Part shown: positions 45,227 through 52,125 of the stretch, piece by piece
Layout: each line of letters starts with the position of its first letter
Numbering within the stretch: position 1 is the stretch's first letter
DNA from: Opitutaceae bacterium
GTDB taxonomy: Bacteria > Verrucomicrobiota > Verrucomicrobiia > Opitutales > Opitutaceae
NCBI GenBank assembly: GCA_023265535.1
Contig: JAHFTI010000005.1
Location: forward strand, 1-62,120
Direction of reading: 5' to 3'
Length of the DNA: 62,120 nucleotides
Program-made: the position numbers and the translations under genes
The notes under the pieces: generated by a model
What the model saw: the letters and a program-made list of their open reading frames with translations, nothing else
Databases searched by the model: none
Told to the model about the DNA's origin: nothing

Positions 45227-46563
45227 GTGCGCCGGGGGCCACGCTTTCCGAACGTTGGCGCGACACCCTGCGCCGCGGACCCGGCGAGACCGCACTGATC
45301 GAGGCCGCGGAAGGCCGCGTGTTCACGCGCGCCCAGCTTCAGGCTGGTGCCGACGCCTGGCTGGCCGGCCCCGCCGCGGGGGCGGTGCTTGCGCGCCGGC
45401 GCGTCGGCCTGGCGGTGCCCAACGGCGCGGCATGGCTGGAGGTGTTCCTCGCGCTGCAGCAGGCCGGTGCGGTGCCGGTGCTGCTGGATGCCTCGGAGGG
45501 CGCGGACCGCCTTCGTGGGCAGGCGGCGGGACTGGGTGCGGCGCTGCTCTGGGCAGAGGGTGGGCTTCAGCCCACGGGAGGACGCGCGCGCGCCTGCCCC
45601 GCGGACCACTGCCTCGTCAAGGTCACCAGCGGCAGCACGGGGGCGCCGAAGGGGCTGCCCTTCACGCACGCCCAGGCCGCCGCGGACGGGCTCCAGGTCT
45701 GCTCCAGCATGGGTATCCGGGAAACGGATACGAACTTCGCGCTCATCCCGCTCGGCCACTCCTACGGCCTGGGCAACCTCGTGCTCCCGCTGCTGCTGCA
45801 GGGCAGCCCCGTGCTGTGCGGCTCGATGCCGCTGCCCCACTGCATCGCCGCCGACTGCACCCGCTGGCGCCCCTCGCTCTTTCCCGCCGTGCCCACCCTC
45901 CTCCGCGCCCTGCTGCGCTCGGGGCTGCCCGGCGACGCGCTCGCCCCCCTGCGCGGCGTGATCTCCGCGGGCTCGCCCCTGGACCCGGCGGAGGCCGCCG
46001 CCTTTGTATCACGATTCTCGATACGCGTGCACTCCTTCTACGGCTCCAGCGAGACGGGCGGCATCAGCTACGACCGCAGCGGCGAGGCCGCCGTGACGGG
46101 GCGCAGCGTGGGGACGCCGCTGGACGGCGTGACCCTGCGTTTCGCCCGCGGCGGCCGCTTCCATGTCTCCGGCGCCGCCGTGCTGGGCCGGGGCAGTTTC
46201 TCCCCCTCGGACCGCGGCGAGCTCACCCCGGAGGGGGAGCTCAGGCTTGTCGGCAGGGTGGGGCGCCTCTTCAAGATCGGCGGCCGCCGGCTCGACCTTG
46301 CGGGGCTCGAGGCCGAGATCGGCGCGGTGCTTTCGGCGCGCGGTGTCGTGGTGGCGGCCCATCCCGAGCGGCCCGAGAGCCTGGCGGCCCTCGTGGCCTG
46401 CGACCATGGGGTGCAGGAGGCCCGGGCGCTGCTCAGTGCCCGCCTGGCGGCCTGGAAGGTGCCTGCGCGGGTGCGCGTGGTGCAGGAATTGCCCTCCACG
46501 CAGCGCGGAAAGACGGATCGCCGCAGGGCCGTGGAGCTGCTGGCGGGTGTGGCAGCCTCCTGA
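45223..46563 (+). CDS. AMP-dependent synthetase/ligase (probable aryl- or acyl-acid:ACP ligase)
   Basis: ATGA overlap with the radical SAM gene. Adenylation cores VTSGSTGAPKG, FYGSSETGG and a C-terminal QRGKTDRR. Confidence 0.8.
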   Translation: MSAPGATLSERWRDTLRRGPGETALIEAAEGRVFTRAQLQAGADAWLAGPAAGAVLARRRVGLAVPNGAAWLEVFLALQQAGAVPVLLDASEGADRLRGQAAGLGAALLWAEGGLQPTGGRARACPADHCLVKVTSGSTGAPKGLPFTHAQAAADGLQVCSSMGIRETDTNFALIPLGHSYGLGNLVLPLLLQGSPVLCGSMPLPHCIAADCTRWRPSLFPAVPTLLRALLRSGLPGDALAPLRGVISAGSPLDPAEAAAFVSRFSIRVHSFYGSSETGGISYDRSGEAAVTGRSVGTPLDGVTLRFARGGRFHVSGAAVLGRGSFSPSDRGELTPEGELRLVGRVGRLFKIGGRRLDLAGLEAEIGAVLSARGVVVAAHPERPESLAALVACDHGVQEARALLSARLAAWKVPARVRVVQELPSTQRGKTDRRRAVELLAGVAAS

Positions 46564-46615
46564 GCGGAAGGGCGGAGTCTCGCCGTGGCCGGGTGACCCC
46601 GGGCCCGGCCGCTGC

Positions 46616-47554
46616 TCAGCCCTGTGCGGTGGTCCGCACGCCGAAGGCGCTGAGCTCGATCTCTACGTTGAGATCGGCCCGGCAGACGTCGGAACGCAGG
46701 TAGCTCACCTTGTCCGTCGGCTGCAGGAGGCGCTCGAAAAGCTGGCGGGCCACGAAGTCCAGGTCCCCGGCGTGGCGCAGGTACACCTTCAGGTGGCGCT
46801 GGCTGCCGTCGCCCGCGGCGAGGGAGCGACCGATGCCGCAGTGGACGCCGAGTGCCTGCATGTTCTCGATCGTGCAGTCGAGCTGCTCGGCGGTGCGTCC
46901 GGGGGCGATGCTGCGGTGGCCCCGGATGGCGGCCGTGCCCGAGATGAAGGCGTCGCACAGGCCTTCCGCCGTGTGGACCAGGGTGGCGCGGGCGAAACTG
47001 GGGGGACGAGGACCGTAGTCGGCCGGATATTCGTAGGCGGGGGTCTGCAGCGGGTTCTCGAAGTGCCGCGACCTGGCGGTGGTGGCGGCGAACATGACGA
47101 CGAGGTTGTCCCCGTCGGTGCCCACCGCGGAGGCCGAGGGCAGGCGATGCTCAAAGCCGCGTCCATAGGCCTCCTCAAAGGCGAGGGCCCGCCCCAGGCA
47201 GAAGGACTTGTAGTTCTCGCGTCCCTCCGCGTCCGTCTGGTTGATGCCCGGGACGTAGTTCCAGACGCGACACAGGCCCTGGCCGGCAATCGCGAGCAGT
47301 TCCCTGTAGAGGGAACGCGCTGGCTCTACGCAGTCGCCAGCGCAGCACGCCGAGGCCACGCCCAGGGTGTAGCCGCCCTGTTGGTAAAGGCTGAAGGCTC
47401 CCGTGGCGGACGCGAGCCGCGCCTGGGGGAAAAGCCGTTCGACATCCTCGCCTCCCAGGACGGGCACGCCGGTGGCGATGCGCTCATCCAGGAGGACGAG
47501 CTGGCTTGGCTCGGTGACTGTGCCGGCGGGGGCGGAGGACATCTGACGTCTCAA
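46616..47554 (-). CDS. chorismatase-like protein (FkbO/Hyg5/XanB2 family, RidA-like C-terminal domain)
   Basis: CRVWNYVPGIN and FISGTAAIRGH segments and the overall ~310-aa length match what I recall of chorismate-hydrolysing XanB2/Hyg5-type enzymes. Not verified by alignment. Confidence 0.6.
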   Translation of the reverse strand: MRRQMSSAPAGTVTEPSQLVLLDERIATGVPVLGGEDVERLFPQARLASATGAFSLYQQGGYTLGVASACCAGDCVEPARSLYRELLAIAGQGLCRVWNYVPGINQTDAEGRENYKSFCLGRALAFEEAYGRGFEHRLPSASAVGTDGDNLVVMFAATTARSRHFENPLQTPAYEYPADYGPRPPSFARATLVHTAEGLCDAFISGTAAIRGHRSIAPGRTAEQLDCTIENMQALGVHCGIGRSLAAGDGSQRHLKVYLRHAGDLDFVARQLFERLLQPTDKVSYLRSDVCRADLNVEIELSAFGVRTTAQG

Positions 47555-47558
47555 ATCA

Positions 47559-47963
47559 CTATTTCAGCATCGCCACCTCGTTGAGGAAGCGGGAGAGGTC
47601 GGCCTTGATGTACTTGATCCAGCTCGCGGGAAGCTCGGGCTTCTTGCGTTCGCCCGTGTTCCTATTGATGTCGTAGCCCCAGCAGCTGATCTCGATGGTG
47701 CGGCCGGTGATCACAAAGGTGATCTGCGCCTCGTTCGTGTGGCGCCTGAGGTAGGCGACGACCCTGTCCGCGGATTCCTCCCTGATGGTCCACTTGCGGT
47801 TGTTCAGCGCACGCATGATGGCCTTCTGAGCGTCCTCGGTGGTGATCTTTTCCGAGGGGATCTCAATGTTGCCAATCGGCAGGCTGACCTCGTCTGCCGC
47901 GAGGCAGACGTGTGCGAGGAAAAGTGCTGAGGACAGCAGCAGGAAACGGAGGAGGAATTTCAT
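47559..47963 (-). CDS. small secreted protein, unknown function
   Basis: ATG at 47963 (MKFLLRFLLLSSALFLAHVCLAADE signal peptide). 134 aa. Ends 4 nt before the chorismatase-like gene starts. GC content is visibly lower than its neighbours. Confidence 0.5.
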   Translation of the reverse strand: MKFLLRFLLLSSALFLAHVCLAADEVSLPIGNIEIPSEKITTEDAQKAIMRALNNRKWTIREESADRVVAYLRRHTNEAQITFVITGRTIEISCWGYDINRNTGERKKPELPASWIKYIKADLSRFLNEVAMLK

Positions 47964-48042
47964 GGCGGGGAGCTGGTGGGGAGGTGTGCACCCCATCTTT
48001 ACTGCAGCGCCGGTGGGCATTGCAAGTACGACTCAAGGGGCT

Positions 48043-48837
48043 TTAGGGCTTGGCTTGCGCCCCTTTGCGCCGCAGCAGCCGGAGCACGGTGGCGAAGAGC
48101 CCGAGGCCTGCGCAGCAGAGAAGCACCACGCGAATCCGGCCGTTCATCAGGGCGTCGCCGCCCGCGATGACCAGGGCCGCATAGACGCCGGCGACGGACA
48201 GGGAGGCGATCATGTAGGGGAGGAAGGGCACGCCTGCGATGCCCAGCAGGCAGCTTTGCAGGAAGAAGGGCGGGCCGGGGGTGGCGCGCACGAGGAAGGC
48301 TGCCGCAAGGTGCTTGTCGGCGGGAATCTCCGGAATGGAGTAGCCCAGCCAGGCGGCCGCGCGCACCACGAGCGGGCGCAGGGTGTATTTGGAAAGGCAA
48401 TACGTCAGGGAGACGTTCACGCCGATCGCGGCGCAGGCGAGCAGGATCACCGGGAGCAGGCCCAGGGAGGGCACGAAGGCCGGGCCGGCGGCCAGGTTGA
48501 AGGGGGCCAGGGGAAAACCGATCACGGGCAGCAGCCCCATGGCTCCAAAGTAGACCCAGGGTCCCGCCTCGCGGAGGAACTGCACCGCCTCGGCGGGATG
48601 AAACCCGGGATTCAGGCGCAGGAACGCCAGCACGGCCAGTGCGGCAAACAGGGCCACTCCAAACCCAAGCCAACGCCTGCGGCGCCGGAAGTGCTGCGGG
48701 GTGGCTCCAGCGGCGGAAGGCTTTGGTTGCGTGGGCACCGAGACCAGAAAGCCGTGATGTGGGTGCTTGGCAAGGCCCGCGATGGTGCGGGGCGCGGAGA
48801 AGGCATGGCGAGCACGGAAGTGCAAGCCGAGGAACAA
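48043..48837 (-). CDS. TVP38/TMEM64 (DedA-related) family membrane protein
   Basis: Multiple helices, plus GPAFVPSLG...RATPGPPFFLQSCLLG segments resembling the family. The start (TTG at 48837) is uncertain. Confidence 0.6.
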   Translation of the reverse strand: MFLGLHFRARHAFSAPRTIAGLAKHPHHGFLVSVPTQPKPSAAGATPQHFRRRRRWLGFGVALFAALAVLAFLRLNPGFHPAEAVQFLREAGPWVYFGAMGLLPVIGFPLAPFNLAAGPAFVPSLGLLPVILLACAAIGVNVSLTYCLSKYTLRPLVVRAAAWLGYSIPEIPADKHLAAAFLVRATPGPPFFLQSCLLGIAGVPFLPYMIASLSVAGVYAALVIAGGDALMNGRIRVVLLCCAGLGLFATVLRLLRRKGAQAKP

Positions 48838-48838
48838 C

Positions 48839-49102
48839 TTAGAACACCCCGATGGCGGAGGCGCTCTCGACGACGACCCAGGCGGCCAGGGCGACGAGGC
48901 CCAGCATCAGGGCGCTGCGCAGCAGGCGACGGCCGGCGAGAAGGGCGTCCTGTCGGTCGGTGTTCAGTGAGCGGCGGTTATTCGAGGCCAGGTAGCTGGC
49001 AAAGCGTTCGTTACGCAGGCGCTGCCCTGAGCGCGGGGCACGGCCGAGCGAGCCGAGCTGATGCACGGGGCGGTGGAGGAGGCGTCTGACGAAGCTGATC
49101 AC
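48839..49102 (-). CDS. possible small membrane protein
   Basis: 87 aa, Arg-rich N-terminus and a single C-terminal helix LMLGLVALAAWVVV. Directly abuts the next gene. Weak support. Confidence 0.3.
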   Translation of the reverse strand: MISFVRRLLHRPVHQLGSLGRAPRSGQRLRNERFASYLASNNRRSLNTDRQDALLAGRRLLRSALMLGLVALAAWVVVESASAIGVF

Positions 49103-49187
49103 GAGAGTGGGTACATCGGAACTTTATGGTCGTTTTTTCAAGGTGATTCCCGCAGCTTTCGCGCTTTCACGCTTTTTTTCCCAGCCT

Positions 49188-50492
49188 ATGCACCACTTTC
49201 GCTACTCCGGTGAAACCCTGCACTGTGAGAATGTAGACCTGGCGGCGGTCGCCCAACTGTATGGCACCCCCACCTACGTCTACAGCACGGCGACGCTGGT
49301 CGAGAACATCGACCGGCTGAGACGCGGCTTTGGAAATCTCGATGTGCAGGTATGTTATGCAGCCAAGGCCAACTCTAGCCTGGCGATTCTGAGGCAGTTT
49401 GCGAACCTGGGCGCCGGCTTCGACCTGGTCAGCGGGGGCGAGCTGCGCCGTGTGCTGGCCGCCGGTGGCTCGATCAAGCGCAGCGTGTTTGCGGGCGTGG
49501 GCAAGACGGAGGCGGAAATCCGCCTGGCGTTGGAGAAGGGGATCTATGCCTTCCACGTGGAGAGCGAACCCGAGCTGGCGCGCATCAACCATATCGCCGG
49601 CCTGGTGGGGCAGCGCGCCCCGATCTCCATCCGCATCAACCCGGACGTCGACGCGCTCACGCACGCCAAGGTCAACACGGGAAAGAGCGACAGCAAGTTT
49701 GGCATCCCCCTCAAGCATGCCTTGTTGGCCTATGAGGCCTGCGCTCGTTTCAAGAACGTGCGCATCCGCGGCGTGCAGATGCACATCGGCTCGCAGCTCA
49801 CCGAGATCGGGCCTTTCCAGGAGGCGGCGCGCAAGCTGGCCGCGCTGGCGGCCGAGCTGAAGGCGGTGCACAACATCGAGTACATTTCCGTGGGTGGCGG
49901 CCTGGGCATCGTGTACAAGGACGCCCTGGCCAGCGGTTCCCCCGACTGGTGGGCCGCCCAGCCCGCCGAGCGCAGGCCGCTCACGCCCGAGGCCTATGGC
50001 GAGGCCCTTGCCCCGATCCTGGCGCCGCTCGGTCTCGAGGTGATGATCGAGCCCGGCCGTTTCCTGACGGGCAACGCGGGTGTCCTGCTGTCCCGCGTGG
50101 AGTACCTCAAGCGCGGCTCCGGCAAGAATTTCCTGATCATCGACGCCGCCATGAACGACCTCGTGCGGCCGGCGATGTACGACAGCTATCACGAGATCGT
50201 CCCGCTGCGCCGCGACACCACGCGGCGTGCCCTGGTGGCGGACGTCGTCGGCCCGGTCTGCGAGAGCGGCGACTGCTTTGCGCATGACCGCCAGATGCAG
50301 GAGGTCGGCGAGGGCGAGCATGTGGCCCTGATGAGCGCCGGCGCCTACGGCTTCTCGATGGCGAGCCGCTACAACAGCCGCCCCCTCGCCGCCGAGGTGC
50401 TGGTGAACGGCAGCGGCTTCGAGCTGATCAACGCGCGCGAGACCTTTGAGCAGAGCATCGCGGGCGAGCGCATCCCGAAATTCCTCCAATAA
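49188..50492 (+). CDS. lysA: diaminopimelate decarboxylase
   Basis: ATG at 49188 (MHHFRYSGETLHCENV). YAAKANS (PLP Lys), ISVGGGLG, and EPGRF / CESGD motifs. Confidence 0.9.
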   Translation: MHHFRYSGETLHCENVDLAAVAQLYGTPTYVYSTATLVENIDRLRRGFGNLDVQVCYAAKANSSLAILRQFANLGAGFDLVSGGELRRVLAAGGSIKRSVFAGVGKTEAEIRLALEKGIYAFHVESEPELARINHIAGLVGQRAPISIRINPDVDALTHAKVNTGKSDSKFGIPLKHALLAYEACARFKNVRIRGVQMHIGSQLTEIGPFQEAARKLAALAAELKAVHNIEYISVGGGLGIVYKDALASGSPDWWAAQPAERRPLTPEAYGEALAPILAPLGLEVMIEPGRFLTGNAGVLLSRVEYLKRGSGKNFLIIDAAMNDLVRPAMYDSYHEIVPLRRDTTRRALVADVVGPVCESGDCFAHDRQMQEVGEGEHVALMSAGAYGFSMASRYNSRPLAAEVLVNGSGFELINARETFEQSIAGERIPKFLQ

Positions 50493-50495
50493 GCC

Positions 50496-51494
50496 ATGAA
50501 CTTCCTCGTACTCGGCGCCGGTGCCTGGGGCACGGCGATGGCGGTCCACCTCTCCAGGCAGGGCCATGCGGTCCAGCTGGCGCCGCGCCGCGCGGAGCAG
50601 GCCGCCGCCATGCGCGCCACCCGCGAGAACCGCGAGTACCTGCCCGGGCTCGTGCTGCCGGACGGGTTGTATCTGGATTCTGAATACGCCTCCAGGCTGC
50701 CGGCCGTGGATGCGGTCCTACTCGCCTGCCCCTCGCAGGCCCTGCGCGAGACCTCGGCCAGGCTGCAGGCCGCGATCGGCGGGCGAGGGCTGCGCCCCTG
50801 GGTGCTGAGCCTGGCCAAGGGGCTCGAGCTGGGGACCCATCTCCGTCCCTCGCAGGTCATCGCCTCCGAGCTGCCGGGGCTTCCGGTGGGCGGCGTGACG
50901 GGCCCGACCAATGCGGGCGAGGTGTCGCGCGGGTTGCCCGCGGCGATGGTGCTGGCGGCGGAGCGGATCGATGCCGGGCTGGAGTCGCTGCAGGCGGCGA
51001 TGAGCGGGCCGACCCTGCGCATCTACACGAGCGACGACCTGGCGGGCATCGAGTATGGCGGTTGCCTCAAGAACATCTATGCGATCGCGGCGGGCTGCTG
51101 CGACGGGCGCCGCCTGGGCGACAATGCCAAGGCAGCGCTGCTGACGCGTGCGCTGGCGGAGATGCTGCGCGTGGGCACGGCGCTGGGTGCGCGTGCGGAG
51201 ACCTTCTACGGGCTGAGCGGCTTCGGCGACCTGGTGGCCACCTGCCATGGCGCGTGGAGCCGCAACCGGGAGTTCGGCCAGCGCCTGGGAGAGGGGGCCA
51301 CGACGGCGCAGCTGCTCGCCGGCCGCAAGACGGTCGTCGAGGGCTACCGCACCACGGAGAGCTTTCACGGCCTGTGCCGGGAGCGCGGCATCGAGGCCCC
51401 GATCCTCAACGAGGTGTATGCCATCTGCTTTGGGGGCAAGGGGACGGGCGAGGCGCTGCATTCGCTGATGACACGCGGCCTGAAGCGCGAGTGA
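50496..51494 (+). CDS. gpsA: NAD(P)H-dependent glycerol-3-phosphate dehydrogenase
   Basis: LVLGAGAWGTA Rossmann motif, LAKGLE, GGCLKNIYAIAAG, and GFGDLVATC. Confidence 0.9.
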   Translation: MNFLVLGAGAWGTAMAVHLSRQGHAVQLAPRRAEQAAAMRATRENREYLPGLVLPDGLYLDSEYASRLPAVDAVLLACPSQALRETSARLQAAIGGRGLRPWVLSLAKGLELGTHLRPSQVIASELPGLPVGGVTGPTNAGEVSRGLPAAMVLAAERIDAGLESLQAAMSGPTLRIYTSDDLAGIEYGGCLKNIYAIAAGCCDGRRLGDNAKAALLTRALAEMLRVGTALGARAETFYGLSGFGDLVATCHGAWSRNREFGQRLGEGATTAQLLAGRKTVVEGYRTTESFHGLCRERGIEAPILNEVYAICFGGKGTGEALHSLMTRGLKRE

Positions 51495-51548
51495 GGCGTG
51501 CGGAATTTCGCCTGCCCTGCTTGCCAGAAGGCCGGCAGGCGCTAGCCT

Positions 51549-52037
51549 TTGGGCATGAAATTCCGCCCCCTTCTTCTCCTTGCCGCCCTGGTGTCGCTGC
51601 TCTCGGTCTCGTGCTTCGGCTCCCTGGGTGACGGCGCCACCACCAATGTGGGCAAGTCCGTCCCGGCTGCCCAGCTGCAATATGTCGCCAACCAGGCCGA
51701 CACCACGGGCAAGCCCTACATCCTGGAGTTCTGGGCCACCTGGTGCCCGCCCTGCCGCAAGAGCATCCCGCACCTCAACCAGGTGTTCGCGAAGTTCAAG
51801 GACCGCGGCCTGCTGATCGTGGGTGTGAGCGATGAGGAGCCCGCCGTGGTGAAGGACTTCATGAAGAAGATGCCGATGAACTACACGGTCGCCATCGACT
51901 CGACCAACGCCCTCGGCACCGCCTTTGGCATCCGCGGCATCCCGCATGCCATGGTCGTCGACAAGACGGGCAAGATCGTCTGGGAAGGCCATCCGCTCGA
52001 GCTCGAGGACTCGGTTGTCGAGAAGGTGCTGAAGTAA
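51549..52037 (+). CDS. TlpA/redoxin-family thiol:disulfide oxidoreductase
   Basis: Signal peptide. WATWCPPCRKSIP thioredoxin-fold active site. Confidence 0.8.
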   Translation: MGMKFRPLLLLAALVSLLSVSCFGSLGDGATTNVGKSVPAAQLQYVANQADTTGKPYILEFWATWCPPCRKSIPHLNQVFAKFKDRGLLIVGVSDEEPAVVKDFMKKMPMNYTVAIDSTNALGTAFGIRGIPHAMVVDKTGKIVWEGHPLELEDSVVEKVLK

Positions 52038-52077
52038 GTCGGATGTCGGATGTCTTCAGATTCAAGGATCACAAAAA

Positions 52078-52104
52078 TGCGAGGCTTTCTGGGCCTCGCT
52101 TTTT
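52078..52104. terminator. rho-independent terminator between convergent genes
   Basis: GCGAGGC-tttctgg-GCCTCGC followed by TTTTTT, with AAAAA upstream, so it may work in both directions. Confidence 0.75.
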
Positions 52105-52125
52105 TGTGCCCTGTGAGGGTGGTGC

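Noticed and set aside
50669-50687. GTAT-N11-ATAC sites at 50669, 31721 and 42435 counted as strong members of the repeat family
   Set aside because: They lack the extended flanks of the five long copies and coincide with Tyr-x4-Tyr in the genuine reading frames (gpsA, yidC, MMPL). They may be chance codon arrangements. I keep them only as weak members in the count.
52038-52054. Tandem GTCGGAT-GTCGGAT-GTC repeat after the tlpA-like gene
   Set aside because: It is only about 2.4 copies of a 7-mer in a 3' untranslated spacer, and no comparable copies occur elsewhere in the window. It is probably slippage noise.
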